Of a stretch of 64,000 nucleotides of DNA, positions 12,708-24,600 are shown piece after piece (position 1 is the stretch's first letter; every line of letters begins with the position of its first letter). The translations under genes were made by a program, and so were the position numbers. The stretch is from Oculatellaceae cyanobacterium bins.114 (GTDB lineage Bacteria > Cyanobacteriota > Cyanobacteriia > Elainellales > Elainellaceae): contig JANRJA010000160.1 in assembly GCA_033764315.1 (NCBI GenBank), positions 10,464 through 74,463 on the forward strand, read 5' to 3'. The notes under the pieces are model-generated. The model saw only the letters and a list, made by a program, of their open reading frames with translations. It made no database searches and was not told where the DNA came from.

Positions 12708-13008
12708 AATTTTTCTTAAAAAAGTATTTTTACTAAGTGAGTGTTGTTTTGACAACAAACCAAATTCACTCTTCTGTCAAGACTAGACCTTAGGGATGTG
12801 GTAAGAAATGCTTTACTTAGCTTTACTAAATTTTGTTATCTACCCTCCTTATGGCATTCCATTTGATCAATAGAACGGCAAAACACAAACTATATTTCCT
12901 CATTAAGTTATTTCCTCACTAAGTTTTAAGACGCTGCTAGAGCAAGTCTGTGTCACAATGAAAGCGGTTTTGCCAATTCGATTAAGAAAATTGAAGTGGG
13001 CGTGAGTC

Positions 13009-15108
13009 ATGGAAGCAGTTTACGAATATGCCTGGCTAATTCCAGTTTTGCCTTTGATTGGGGCAATGCTAGTCGGCATCGGGTTAGTGTCCTATAGCAA
13101 GTCAATCAATCGTCTTCGCAAACCGAGCGCAATTTTTATTGTCTCGTTGTTGGGCGCGGCGATGGTCTTTTCCTTTGCGCTGTTGTGGAGTCAAATTCAA
13201 GGGCATGAACCGTATAGCCGTATCATTGATTGGGCCGCGGCTGGAGACTTTCACCTGACGATGGGTTATACCATCGACCATTTAACCGCTCTGATGCTGG
13301 TTGTTGTGACCACAGTAGCGTTTCTGGTAATGGTGTACACCGATGGCTACATGGCTCATGATCCAGGCTATGTCCGGTTTTATGCCTATCTCAGTTTGTT
13401 TAGTTCTTCCATGTTGGGTTTGGTCATTAGCCCCAACTTGGTACAGGTCTATATCTTTTGGGAACTGGTTGGCATGTGTTCCTACTTGCTGATTGGGTTC
13501 TGGTATGACCGCAAAGCAGCGGCTGATGCGTGTCAAAAAGCATTTGTCACTAACCGAGTCGGTGACTTTGGTTTGCTGTTAGGAATTTTGGGACTATTTT
13601 GGGCGACCGGAAGTTTTGAATTTGAGGTGATTGGCGATCGCCTCCAAGAGTTAGTGCAGTCAGGTTCTCTCAGCATTGGGATCGCCTCTCTACTCGCCAT
13701 TTTGGTCTTTTTGGGTCCAGTTGCGAAGTCGGCTCAGTTTCCTCTGCATGTCTGGCTTCCCGATGCGATGGAGGGTCCCACTCCGATCTCAGCCCTGATT
13801 CACGCAGCAACGATGGTTGCGGCTGGAGTGTTTCTGATCGCTCGGATGTTCTCGGTGTTTGAGGGTTTGCCTGGAGCGATGGACGTTATCGCCTACACCG
13901 GAGCCTTCACTGCATTTTTAGGGGCGTCGATCGCCATTACTCAAAATGATATTAAGAAGGGCTTGGCCTATTCCACCATGTCGCAATTGGGTTACATGGT
14001 TATGGGGATGGGCGTCGGTGCTTATGGAGCGGGCTTGTTTCACCTGATGACCCATGCCTATTTCAAGGCGATGCTGTTTTTGGGATCAGGTTCGGTGATT
14101 CATGGCATGGAAGGAGTCGTGGGACATGATCCGGTTCTGGCTCAAGATATGCGGATGATGGGTGGGTTACGGAAGTACATGCCAATTACCGCGATCACCT
14201 TCTTTATTGGGACGTTGGCAATTTCTGGGATTCCTCCTTTTGCTGGGTTTTGGTCTAAAGATGAGATCTTAGGAGCGACCTACGAAGAAAATCCGGTTTT
14301 GTGGGGTGTGGGTTGGCTGACCGCAGGGATTACAGCCTTCTACATGTTCCGCATGTATTTCACAACGTTTGAAGGGTCTTTCCGGGGTCAGAACGAAACC
14401 ATTAAGAAGCAGCTCAAGAATGAGCAACTTCAGCGGATGGGGCTAGCGTTTGGGCCGGGTGCGATGAATCCCAAAGAGTTAACAGAGCGTCCGGAGGAGA
14501 TTCATCAAGAAACTCATGATCATGAGGCACATGAGGGACACCACAGCGATACACCTCATGAGTCACCGTTCTCAATGACGTTTCCGTTGTTGGTGTTGGC
14601 GATTCCATCTTTCTTCATTGGGCTAGTAGGGACGCCGTTTGCTAACTATTTTGAGGCATTCATTCATCCTGCTGGCGAAGAGGTGCATGGCTTTCCACCG
14701 CTAGAGATTCCGGCTGATTTTGAATGGTCAGAGTTCTTGCTGATGGGCGGTAGCTCTGTTGGCATTGCCCTCATCGGGATTACACTGGCATCCTTCATGT
14801 ATCTGTATCGCAAGATTGATCCTGGGGCGATCGCCAGACGTATCGAGCCACTCTACAAACTCTCTCTCAATAAGTGGTATTTTGACGAAATTTATGATGC
14901 TGTGTTTGTTAAAGGCAGCCGTCGTTTAGCCAGACAGGTCTTAGAAGTCGATGTCCGAATTGTCGATGGTATCGTTAACCTGGCAGGTTTCATCACGCTG
15001 GTTACGGGAGAAGGACTAAAATATCTGGAAAATGGAAGGGTTCAATTCTACGCTCTGATAGTATTTGGAGCGGTTCTGGGTTTAGTTCTCGTCTCTGGCA
15101 TTACTTGA
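13009..15108 (+). CDS. ndhF1: NDH-1 subunit 5 (NdhF1)
   Basis: YEYAWLIPVLP, GYMAHDPGYVRF, AKSAQFPLHVWLPDAMEGPTPISALIHAATMV. Confidence 0.95.
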   Translation: MEAVYEYAWLIPVLPLIGAMLVGIGLVSYSKSINRLRKPSAIFIVSLLGAAMVFSFALLWSQIQGHEPYSRIIDWAAAGDFHLTMGYTIDHLTALMLVVVTTVAFLVMVYTDGYMAHDPGYVRFYAYLSLFSSSMLGLVISPNLVQVYIFWELVGMCSYLLIGFWYDRKAAADACQKAFVTNRVGDFGLLLGILGLFWATGSFEFEVIGDRLQELVQSGSLSIGIASLLAILVFLGPVAKSAQFPLHVWLPDAMEGPTPISALIHAATMVAAGVFLIARMFSVFEGLPGAMDVIAYTGAFTAFLGASIAITQNDIKKGLAYSTMSQLGYMVMGMGVGAYGAGLFHLMTHAYFKAMLFLGSGSVIHGMEGVVGHDPVLAQDMRMMGGLRKYMPITAITFFIGTLAISGIPPFAGFWSKDEILGATYEENPVLWGVGWLTAGITAFYMFRMYFTTFEGSFRGQNETIKKQLKNEQLQRMGLAFGPGAMNPKELTERPEEIHQETHDHEAHEGHHSDTPHESPFSMTFPLLVLAIPSFFIGLVGTPFANYFEAFIHPAGEEVHGFPPLEIPADFEWSEFLLMGGSSVGIALIGITLASFMYLYRKIDPGAIARRIEPLYKLSLNKWYFDEIYDAVFVKGSRRLARQVLEVDVRIVDGIVNLAGFITLVTGEGLKYLENGRVQFYALIVFGAVLGLVLVSGIT

Positions 15109-15159
15109 TAGTTGACCAGTGAATCACTACAAATTCAAACTGCTCATAAACGCTGACTA

Positions 15160-16752
15160 ATGGATATTGATAATTTTCCTTGGTTAACAACCGTCATTCT
15201 ATTTCCGATCGCAGCGTCGCTGTTGATTCCATTCCTGCCTGACAAAGATGGCAAAACGGTGCGTTGGTATGCGCTGACCGTAGGGTTAATTGATTTTGCT
15301 ATCTTGGTTTATGCCTTTTATAGCCAATACGATCTATCAAATCCAGAGATGCAACTCGTTGAAAGCTATTCCTGGGTTTCAACGTTGGATTTGAAATGGT
15401 CAGTTGGGGCAGATGGTTTGTCTATGCCCCTGATCTTGTTGACCGGGTTTATTTCTACCCTGGCAATTTTGGCGTCCTGGCCTGTCACTCTCAAACCTCG
15501 CCTGTTTTATTTTTTAATGCTGGCGATGTATGGCGGTCAGATCGCAGTTTTTGCCGTTCAAGACATGCTGCTGTTCTTCCTGGTATGGGAGTTAGAACTG
15601 ATCCCCGTCTATTTGCTGTTGGCCATTTGGGGGGGTAAAAAACGGCTCTATGCGGCTACAAAATTCATTTTGTACACCGCTGGTGGTTCGCTGTTCATTC
15701 TAGTGGCAGCTCTGGCTATGGCTTTCTATGGTGATACGGTCACATTTGACATGCGATCGCTGATGGCAAAAGACTTTCCCATTAATTTCCAGTTGCTGGT
15801 CTATGGGGGCTTCTTAATTGCCTATGCGGTGAAGCTGCCGATCTTTCCGCTCCACACCTGGCTGCCCGATGCTCACGGGGAGGCAACCGCACCTGTTCAC
15901 ATGTTGCTGGCAGGCATTCTGCTGAAAATGGGGGGATATGCCCTCATCCGCATGAATGTGGAGATATTGCCGGATGCCCATGCTTTCTTTGCACCTATCT
16001 TGGTGATTTTGGGAGTTGTCAATATTATCTATGCGGCTCTCACCTCCTTTGCACAACGCAATTTGAAGCGTAAGATTGCCTACTCCTCAATCTCTCACAT
16101 GGGGTTTGTGCTAATTGGGATGGGGTCTTTTACTGACTTAGGCTTGAGTGGTGCCATGTTACAAATGGTGTCACACGGTCTCATTGGGGCTAGCCTGTTC
16201 TTTTTAGTCGGGGCGACCTACGATCGCACTCATACGTTGATCTTGGATGAGATGGGTGGAGTCGGCAAAAAAATGCCTCGCATTTTTGCGATGTTCACGA
16301 CTTGCTCTCTAGCCTCCTTAGCGTTACCAGGAATGAGTGGCTTTGTCGCAGAGCTGATGGTGTTTGTCGGGTTTGCTACTAGCGATGCCTACACGCTGAC
16401 CTTTAAAGTGTTGATCGTGATCTTGGCGGCGGTGGGTGTGATTTTGACACCAATTTATCTGCTTTCAATGTTACGTGAGATCTTTTATGGCCCTGAGAAC
16501 AAAGAGTTGGTCGAACATGAGGTACTAGTGGATGCCGAACCTCGCGAGGTGTTTATTATTGCTTGTCTGTTGATTCCAATTATTGGCATCGGTTTCTATC
16601 CCAAGCTGTTGACTCAGGTGTATGACTCTAAAACCTCTCAATTAACGGCTCGGATGCAGCAGTCAGTGACCAGTTTAGAAGAGCGAAAATCTGCTGAAAC
16701 GGCTGTTTTAATGCAACCGTTGCAGGCACCTGCCCTTACCAACTCTGTCTAA
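15160..16752 (+). CDS. ndhD1: NDH-1 subunit 4 (NdhD1)
   Basis: [40 protein letters not shown]; directly follows ndhF1. Confidence 0.95.
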   Translation: MDIDNFPWLTTVILFPIAASLLIPFLPDKDGKTVRWYALTVGLIDFAILVYAFYSQYDLSNPEMQLVESYSWVSTLDLKWSVGADGLSMPLILLTGFISTLAILASWPVTLKPRLFYFLMLAMYGGQIAVFAVQDMLLFFLVWELELIPVYLLLAIWGGKKRLYAATKFILYTAGGSLFILVAALAMAFYGDTVTFDMRSLMAKDFPINFQLLVYGGFLIAYAVKLPIFPLHTWLPDAHGEATAPVHMLLAGILLKMGGYALIRMNVEILPDAHAFFAPILVILGVVNIIYAALTSFAQRNLKRKIAYSSISHMGFVLIGMGSFTDLGLSGAMLQMVSHGLIGASLFFLVGATYDRTHTLILDEMGGVGKKMPRIFAMFTTCSLASLALPGMSGFVAELMVFVGFATSDAYTLTFKVLIVILAAVGVILTPIYLLSMLREIFYGPENKELVEHEVLVDAEPREVFIIACLLIPIIGIGFYPKLLTQVYDSKTSQLTARMQQSVTSLEERKSAETAVLMQPLQAPALTNSV

Positions 16753-17425
16753 ACCGCTCAAACTCGGCTACCCGTGCTTGCCATTGGTGCCATTGTTGAA
16801 TGAGGTCTTCTGGTTCAAACCAGAAGACCTCTGCTGTTTGGTCGGGAATTGCTACGATTAACAGAGCATGGCGCAGTTTGATCCCCTGCTCTGCATAAGA
16901 ATGATTGACGGCACCACAATAAGCCGCCAATTGCAACGGGCCATCATAGAGTCGCTCAACTGACCCCTTAGGAGCATCAGCCGTTTTCCAATCACAGATG
17001 CAGGGAACTCCTCGATAACTCGCCACACAATCGACCTTTCCGGCATAGCCCAAATCGTAGTGAAAAACCGCATTTTCGACTAACCGAACCTCACCAATGT
17101 TGGCTAGCACAGGTTCTACACTTTCCCAGTAAGGTTTAACTGTGTCTGGGCAAGGAGATGCTTCGCCCAATAAATAGTGCTTGATGTATTTGTGGGTTTG
17201 GGTGCCGCGTCTGCTAGCACGGCTTGTTACCTGACCTGCCACCTCAGTCCCCAAGCGATCGCGCCATCGTGCCAGGGCTTCTCGTGCTTCTAGGGGTTTA
17301 GTGGCATTCAAAATAGTCGATACACTGGGCAAGCGCACCCCACGAGCATCAACAAAATAGCTTTGTCCACCCTGTCGCACTGATTTAGCAGAGTAGCTAG
17401 GTAAGAGCTGAGGTTTTGGCAGCAT
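16736..17425 (-). CDS. PD-(D/E)XK exonuclease (MGME1/phage exonuclease-like)
   Basis: [33 protein letters not shown] motifs; 3' end overlaps ndhD1 by 17 bp. Confidence 0.75.
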   Translation of the reverse strand: MLPKPQLLPSYSAKSVRQGGQSYFVDARGVRLPSVSTILNATKPLEAREALARWRDRLGTEVAGQVTSRASRRGTQTHKYIKHYLLGEASPCPDTVKPYWESVEPVLANIGEVRLVENAVFHYDLGYAGKVDCVASYRGVPCICDWKTADAPKGSVERLYDGPLQLAAYCGAVNHSYAEQGIKLRHALLIVAIPDQTAEVFWFEPEDLIQQWHQWQARVAEFERFRQSW

Positions 17426-17546
17426 ACGAGAAGGTGAAAGAGTGAGAGGGTAAGAGGATGAAAGGGTGAGTTTTCATGAACTCATCAACCTGTTTACTCC
17501 ACTATCTTGTCATCTCACCACCCTGTTCCTTTGTGCTCTTTTATTT

Positions 17547-18395
17547 TTAATCCTTTTTGCCAGCAAAGACCTTTGTGGCTGGACCTGTCATATACAAATG
17601 TTGATCGACAGCTGACCACTCGATCTGGAGGCATCCGCCAGGAAGCTCAACGGTAGCAGCGCGATCGCACTTGTCATTTAAGACGCCCGCTACCAAAGAG
17701 GCACAGGCTCCGGTTCCACAGGCCAGGGTGATTCCCGCCCCTCGTTCCCACACGCGCATCTTCAAGTAATCGCGGCGCACCACTTGAATGAATTCTGTAT
17801 TGGTACGTTTAGGAAACACAGGATGGTGTTCAAACTGCGGTCCAAGACTCTCCAGAGAGAATGCTTCTACATCTTCTACAAACGTGATGCAATGCGGATT
17901 GCCCATACTGACACACGTGACCTGCCAAGATTGCCCTGCTACTTCGAGAAGTTGATCGATGACTTGCTCATGAGGGGCAGTGAGCGTTGTGGGAATTTCT
18001 GCTGCCAGTAAACGGGGCAACCCCATATCAACAGTGATTTGTCCGTCGTTTTCTAACTTAGGGGTGATTAGCCCTGCCAACGTATGAATCCGATAAGCCG
18101 GACGAGCAGATCCGGTTTCTGCCTGTTCTAAATCAGCAATAAACTTAGCCAGACAGCGAATGCCATTGCCACACATCTCTGGCTCAGAGCCATCAGAGTT
18201 GAAAATTCGCATAGTGTAATCGGTCTCACCCTGCCCCGGTAGGGCAAAAATTACCCCATCTGCCCCAATCCCAAAGTGGCGATCGCACCATTCTATTGCT
18301 TGCTCTGGAGTGATGCAAGGTTCAGTCTGGTGGCGATTGTCCACCAAAATAAAATCGTTGCCTAAGCCATGATATTTAGTAAAGTCAATTGCCAT
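17547..18395 (-). CDS. dapF: Diaminopimelate epimerase
   Basis: [40 protein letters not shown]. Confidence 0.95.
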   Translation of the reverse strand: MAIDFTKYHGLGNDFILVDNRHQTEPCITPEQAIEWCDRHFGIGADGVIFALPGQGETDYTMRIFNSDGSEPEMCGNGIRCLAKFIADLEQAETGSARPAYRIHTLAGLITPKLENDGQITVDMGLPRLLAAEIPTTLTAPHEQVIDQLLEVAGQSWQVTCVSMGNPHCITFVEDVEAFSLESLGPQFEHHPVFPKRTNTEFIQVVRRDYLKMRVWERGAGITLACGTGACASLVAGVLNDKCDRAATVELPGGCLQIEWSAVDQHLYMTGPATKVFAGKKD

Positions 18396-18528
18396 TGGAG
18401 TGGTTTTGAAATGGGGTGATTTGAAATAAGTTGAATGACCAGGTGCAAGATCGCAGGAGGCTCCTTACTCTAGTGAAAACCTCTTGCCTACAGGAGCGAG
18501 GTGCCCACACTACAAACGATTGCTAAAT

Positions 18529-20091
18529 TTAATCTTCATCGTTTGACTTCTCCTGGAAACCGCGCACAATTCTCGATAGTTCACTCTTTTCATCCACCGC
18601 AATGCGGCTGGGTGAACCCGTAATCACACGCTCAAAGTTGCGGAAAGAATCTCTGATTTCCGGTCCACGATCACTGATGGTGTATTCACGAATCCCCTTA
18701 TCATGCCAAGAACCTCTCATTTTAAAGACGTTGAGAGCACGAGACATCTCCCCACGAATCTCGACATATTGCAGCATCAAGATCGTGTCAGTAATAGTAG
18801 AGATATGAGAATCAGTGATGGAATGTGACCCCATAAACTGGTCTGTTGTGTTAGTAAAGAACCCTGTAATTTCTTCCTGTTTGGCATACCCTGTCACCCC
18901 AATAACAAACTGCCGAAAAGCATTGTTGCTTACTCCTCGTGCCAACGCCGAGAGTGAGTCAATGGCAATCCGAGACGGCTTAAATTCGGCAATTTCAGAT
19001 TTAATGATTTGCAGGTGATCTTCCAGCCCAGCCGATTCAGGATAGGCACAAATAATCTTTAACAATCCTTTTTGCTCTAGATCTTCAAAGTCAATACCCC
19101 ACGAATAAGCATTACGAGACAACTGCGCTCGCGATTCTTCATAAGCAAAAAGGATCGCTCGTTCGCCAACCTTGCAGGCATCTTGCAAAAACATGCTGAC
19201 TAATAGGGTTTTACCCGTACCCGTTGCACCCGTCGCCAAAATAATAGAGTCTTTGAAAAAACCACCTCCACACATCTCGTCGAGGGTTTTGACCCCAGAA
19301 GAGACACGAGTATTGGACGATCGCTGAGTTAGACGCATGGCCCCAAGCGGGAAAATATTAATACCTTGATTAGTAATGGTGAAGGGATACTCCCCTTTCA
19401 TATGGGTTGTGCCGCGCAATTTTAAGATTTCAATGGTTCGCCGTCGGCGTTCCCCTTCCAATACATTTCGCACAATCACCACATTGTCAGAGACAAATTC
19501 TTCGACTCCAAACCGAGCAACCGGACCGTATTCCTCAATCCGCTCAGTCGTCATGACAGTTGTTGCACCCACCTGTTTGAGTCGTGCCACGAGACGAAAG
19601 ATCTCACGCCGCACGACTGAAGCGGCATCATATTGTTGAAATACAGCGGTTACAGAATCAATCGAAACTCGTCGAGCTTTATATTTGCGAATGGCATATT
19701 GAATCCGCTCAATTAAAGCGGACAGGTCAAAGTTGCCGACAACCTCCTGTCCTTCTGGGTCAGGGGAGGCATCTAGAATGAATAACTTCCCTTCCTCAAT
19801 CAGTTTTTGCAAATCCCACCCAAAGCTGTGGGAGTTTTTGATGATATCGGCGGGCGACTCTTCAAACGTGACAAATACTCCTGGCTCGTCAAACTGAAGA
19901 ATCCCATTGTAGAGAAATTGAACGGCAAAGAGAGTTTTGCCCGTACCTGAGGTGCCACTGACTAGCGTTGTTCTACCAACTGGCAACCCTCCGTTACTAA
20001 TATCGTCAAACCCCTCAATCATCGTGCGGATCTTATAGACGCCTGCACTGGATGATTCGTTTTTTTGCCCAATTGGGTTGGTCTGCGTCAT
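18529..20091 (-). CDS. kaiC: Circadian clock protein KaiC
   Basis: Two RecA-like domains (GTSGTGKT, GATGTGKT), EE catalytic pairs, SHISTITD phosphosite motif. Confidence 0.98.
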   Translation of the reverse strand: MTQTNPIGQKNESSSAGVYKIRTMIEGFDDISNGGLPVGRTTLVSGTSGTGKTLFAVQFLYNGILQFDEPGVFVTFEESPADIIKNSHSFGWDLQKLIEEGKLFILDASPDPEGQEVVGNFDLSALIERIQYAIRKYKARRVSIDSVTAVFQQYDAASVVRREIFRLVARLKQVGATTVMTTERIEEYGPVARFGVEEFVSDNVVIVRNVLEGERRRRTIEILKLRGTTHMKGEYPFTITNQGINIFPLGAMRLTQRSSNTRVSSGVKTLDEMCGGGFFKDSIILATGATGTGKTLLVSMFLQDACKVGERAILFAYEESRAQLSRNAYSWGIDFEDLEQKGLLKIICAYPESAGLEDHLQIIKSEIAEFKPSRIAIDSLSALARGVSNNAFRQFVIGVTGYAKQEEITGFFTNTTDQFMGSHSITDSHISTITDTILMLQYVEIRGEMSRALNVFKMRGSWHDKGIREYTISDRGPEIRDSFRNFERVITGSPSRIAVDEKSELSRIVRGFQEKSNDED

Positions 20092-20162
20092 AAACTTGCT
20101 GTAACTTTGATTAAAAGGAGAAATATTTTTACATCAACAGCCACTGATTCATAAAGCAATGG

Positions 20163-20477
20163 TTAAATCTCTGGCTCATCCTCTCGCAATTCATCATACA
20201 AAAGGTCTAAACCAATCAAAACTTTTTCTCGATCGGATAGGTCTCCAATAATTTTGCGCACAGGGGGAGGCAATATTTTAGCCAATGTTGGGGTTGCCAA
20301 AATCTTATCTTCTTCAGCAAGTTGTGGATTTTTTAAGACATCAATCACTTTTAGGGCGTATACCCCCTGAAATTCTTTTTCAAGAATGTTGTTGAGTGTT
20401 TTGAGAGCACGCACTGAATTTGGCGTATTCCCTGCGACGTAAAGCTTAAGGATGTAGGTCTTTTTTAGAGAGCTCAT
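20163..20477 (-). CDS. kaiB: Circadian clock protein KaiB
   Basis: [39 protein letters not shown]. Confidence 0.98.
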   Translation of the reverse strand: MSSLKKTYILKLYVAGNTPNSVRALKTLNNILEKEFQGVYALKVIDVLKNPQLAEEDKILATPTLAKILPPPVRKIIGDLSDREKVLIGLDLLYDELREDEPEI

Positions 20478-20545
20478 GAGTAATATTCAGTATTTCTTTA
20501 AAACTAGATCGATATAGCTAAGAGATTGAAATTGCTCATATCAGC

Positions 20546-21484
20546 TTAAGACTCTCTCGGAATCGAGCGACGGTACATTTCACAAAGATGAGCCAGGGTG
20601 TCAATTAGGGTAAGACGATAATCTAACAAAATTTCTTCGCTGCGCCCCTCTAGCTTTAATTGCTGAGAAAATTCATCCATCAAATTCATGTGAATTTCTA
20701 CAATTTGAGCCACTGGAACATCAGCAAAAAACGCTAGATTCACAAAACTATCAATACTTTGGTTTAAATCGTCATCATTGGCGAAGTAATGCAGAATAAT
20801 GTGGCGGTAATCAGCTCCAAGTTGTGCCAAAAGTTCCTGCCGCTCTAACTCATTCATGTGACGCAGAAAATGGGCTGGATTGCGCTTGTAATAAACTCCC
20901 AAGTAGCCTAATCGCTCTTTTAGCTTTTCGGCGAGACGTTGTTGCTGTTTCATCAATGAACGTTGGACATTAAGAGCAGAAATGATTCCAGGAATGGTTT
21001 CACAACTCAGGGAAACTGTACCTGAAAGGTTAAGAAAGTTAGCGATCGCCTCCTCAACAAAGTCACCCACATGGCTCAAGTTAGTGCCGTCAACTTGTAA
21101 TACAGCCGTGTGATATAGAGTCGCCTGGGGCGATCGCTCTGCAACAGCGGCAATATTATCTGTCGATGGAGTCAGCGGAGAGGCTTCTGGGGATTGGGTG
21201 TTGAGCACCAGTGTTGGAATGAGAATGGATTGGGCTTGAAGGGTGTGAAACAGGTTAGATAAGGCTGAAACCCCTTCAACAATCAAGCAATCAACAGAGG
21301 CATGCCTCTGTTGAAGAAACTGAAGAAAATCGCTTTCTTGCTGAAACTGAGTAAGCACAAAGCGATCGTCGCCTTCTGCCGATGAGTAGGTTTGCAATTG
21401 CTCTGCTAAAGCCTGGGCCAAAGCGTCAGATTGCAAGAGCGCACAAAGAGCAATTTTAGAGTGTGATTTTTGAGGAGAGGCCAT
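20546..21484 (-). CDS. kaiA: Circadian clock protein KaiA (full length, with N-terminal pseudo-receiver)
   Basis: KLKERLGYLGVYYKRNP, LLDYRLTLIDTLAHLCEMYRRSIPRE. Confidence 0.95.
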   Translation of the reverse strand: MASPQKSHSKIALCALLQSDALAQALAEQLQTYSSAEGDDRFVLTQFQQESDFLQFLQQRHASVDCLIVEGVSALSNLFHTLQAQSILIPTLVLNTQSPEASPLTPSTDNIAAVAERSPQATLYHTAVLQVDGTNLSHVGDFVEEAIANFLNLSGTVSLSCETIPGIISALNVQRSLMKQQQRLAEKLKERLGYLGVYYKRNPAHFLRHMNELERQELLAQLGADYRHIILHYFANDDDLNQSIDSFVNLAFFADVPVAQIVEIHMNLMDEFSQQLKLEGRSEEILLDYRLTLIDTLAHLCEMYRRSIPRES

Positions 21485-21659
21485 AGGGCCAAGTAATAAT
21501 TTATTTAGAAATGTAACCAGCCATTAGAATATTTAACAATCATTGTAGAGGTAAATGCCTTTGCTATCTTGTTAGGCAGTCATAATTGAGTCAGCCTCTT
21601 TTTTGAAGGGCACTCTATGAAAGTAGAGTTTAGAGTGGGGAGACTGACTCCTTGGGGCA

Positions 21660-24600
21660 ATGCATACAACTTCTTTGAGGGAATTCGTTGAGATTATCCC
21701 AGTCTGCGTCGCCACCGCTAGCCTGGATGTTGTGCTGAGCTTATTTCGACAGACCCAGTTTAAACGGCTGTTGTTAGTGGATGAGCACTGTGCGCCAGTC
21801 GGAATATTTGATTTTCACCACTTGCTCCCTTATCTCTTGACAGCTTCGGCTGAGGAGGGCGACCCCTCAATCAATCCTGACCCTACGCCATCCGCCTCGT
21901 TTGAGCTAACCCAATTCTCAATTGAGCCGTTTGAGACACTGTCGATCGATTGGCAACTTCCTCAAGTGCTCGCTCGTTTACAAACCAGGCGATCGCCCCA
22001 TTGGGTTGTGGTGGATGCCTCTGGTGCCAGTGTTGGATTGTTAGATCAGCTCAAGTTTTGGCAGCGATATTTGGCACACTCAATGCCTGTGTTGCCGACC
22101 CACACACCCGATCAACCCTTTTTAGAGACGCCCAGGGTAGAAGCATCTAAACCCACTCTGACTCCAGCTTTTGAAAAGCATTTTCAAATTCAATTGTTTT
22201 CACAATTGGTTCAGGTGCTCGAGCAATTGCCCATTCCGATTATGTTGCAAACCGGGGATGGGCGGGTGATTGGTCAAAATTTGGCGTGGCGGCAGCAAAT
22301 CGGGGAGTTGAAGGATCTGTCCACTATTCAACGAGAAGCCGCCCTGTTTTTAGAAACGTTTCCAGTGGCATCAGATGAACCAGGCTCTCTGGAGAGCTTT
22401 ATGGATGCCTCTGATCGATATGCGGATCAATCTGCCTCAGTGCACTCGACGGCTCTACCGCGATCGCCTGATTCATCGTTCACAACAACCCACTATTTCA
22501 GTAAAGGGGTGTCTGTTCAGTCTTCCACTCCTCAAACACCGCCTCCTACAGTTTGTCATTTAGGCGCAAACTCTAACACCTGTGTCTGTGTTTGTTCCTT
22601 AAAAAACGGCCAGGAACGCATCTGGCAATTTATCAAAATTCCCTTGCAGGTCGCCGCTGATCACCCAGCCATAAACTGGTCTAATTCCGCCACGATTGCT
22701 GAGCATCTTGTGACGATGCCGCAATTTCACTTGGCTTCGTTAGCATCTAGTCTTGACGTCACTGAAGCTCTTGAGAGTTTATCTGCGATCGCCCTATCTG
22801 AAACGTTGTGGCTTGTGCAAGCTCAAGACACCACCGAACAACAGCAGGTTGCTAAAGAATTAGCTGCTAAAAATGCAGATTTAATTCAGCTCAACCGCCT
22901 CAAAGACGAATTTTTAGCCTGTATTAGCCATGAACTCAAAACCCCTCTGACTTCAATACTGGGGTTATCGAGCTTGCTCAAAGATCAATTGTTAGGACCG
23001 CTAAACGAGCGTCAAGCCCGCTATACTCAACTGATTTATCAGGGCGGGCGACACCTGATTTTGATTGTGAATGACATTCTGGATCTGACTCGCATTGAGA
23101 CAGGTCAGTTAGAGTTGATTCCAGAGCCAGTCAACGTTGAGTTGGTGTGTCATCGGGCTTTTGACCAAGCACGGCACTTATTGCTAAGCGCAGACAATGG
23201 CAGTTTAGATCATCAAACTGAACTTAAACTGGAAACAAAGTTTTCGCTTGAAATCGACCCCAATCTCACCACGCTCATTGCGGACGAACTGCGATTACGC
23301 CAGATGCTCGCTAATTTGTTATCAAATGCGCTGAAATTTACAGAGATTGGTGGCGATATTGGCTTACAGGTTGGTTTTTGGGAAGGTTGGATTGCTTTTA
23401 CAGTATGGGATACCGGAATTGGCATTCCGACCAATAAGCAACACCTCATCTTTCAAAAGTTTCAACAACTTGAAAATCCTCTGACTCGTCGGTTTGAAGG
23501 CACAGGCCTGGGGTTGGTGCTGACTCAACGTCTGGCTCGTTTGCATGGAGGGGATGTCACGTTTACGTCGGCTGAAGGCAAGGGAAGCGAGTTTACGCTG
23601 TTGCTACCCCCTAGCCCACCTACTCCCCAGGGCATCAATCTTACTCCAGAGGTTATCAACTTTCCGCAGGTTGTGCTTAGCAAACGCCTCGTCATGGTAG
23701 TTGAGGCGGTTCCGCAATTTTTAGAAGATTTGACTCAACAGTTAATGGGGCTGGGATATCGAGTGGCGATCGCCCGCTCTGGGACAGAGGCACTCGAAAA
23801 AATTCGCCGCCTGCAACCTGCCATCGTCTTTTTAAACCCCGGTTTGCCCTTACTGTCAGGCTGGGATGTTTTGACCCTGCTCAAGTCAGATAGTGAGACT
23901 CGCCACATTCCCGTAGTTGTGACCGCCACACGAGTCGAAAAGAGTCAAGCTTATAGTAATGGGGCAAATAGCTTTTTGAGCTTGCCCATTCAAACCAGTG
24001 CTTTGCAGCACAGCCTGGAATATTGGATCGATCGCCCTTCTCAAGAGGAGGCTAATGAGTCGCAAACTACTCTGACTGTCCTACATCTGCGCCCTATAGT
24101 CGAGGACACTCAAAGCTTTGAAGATGACTTTAACCCCTATCAGCCTTTGATTACAGACTTAAGTAGTCTGCTTCATCCTTATCACTGCCGAGTGCTAGAA
24201 GTTGATGATCTAGAGCAAGCTGATTTGTTGGTTCGAGTGTGGAAACCAGACCTGATCTTGCTAGATGGCACGATGGCAAATCCGGTTCATTATTTGATTC
24301 AACTCAGTCAATCCCCATTTTTGGCAGCCTTGCCCCTGGTTACGCTAACACCAGAGATGACCCAGGCGGCCAACCATGTGCCAGAACTGGCGGTGTTTCC
24401 CTGTCTTGCGGCTCTCAATTCCACTTCTCCTGAGTCAACGCAATCGGATGTCTTAGCCCTGTGGCAAGTGATGCAAATTGCGGTGGGCACCCATTGGAGT
24501 TCTCATATTTTGATCGCTGATTTAGCGACGTTACCGCTTGATTTGTCTCCAGACACTGGAAATAGCCTCAATGAAGCTTTGGCGTTTACTGCACAGTTTC

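Noticed and set aside
16736..17425. Nuclease as Cas4
   Set aside because: Lacks the C-terminal three-Cys cluster and has no CRISPR context
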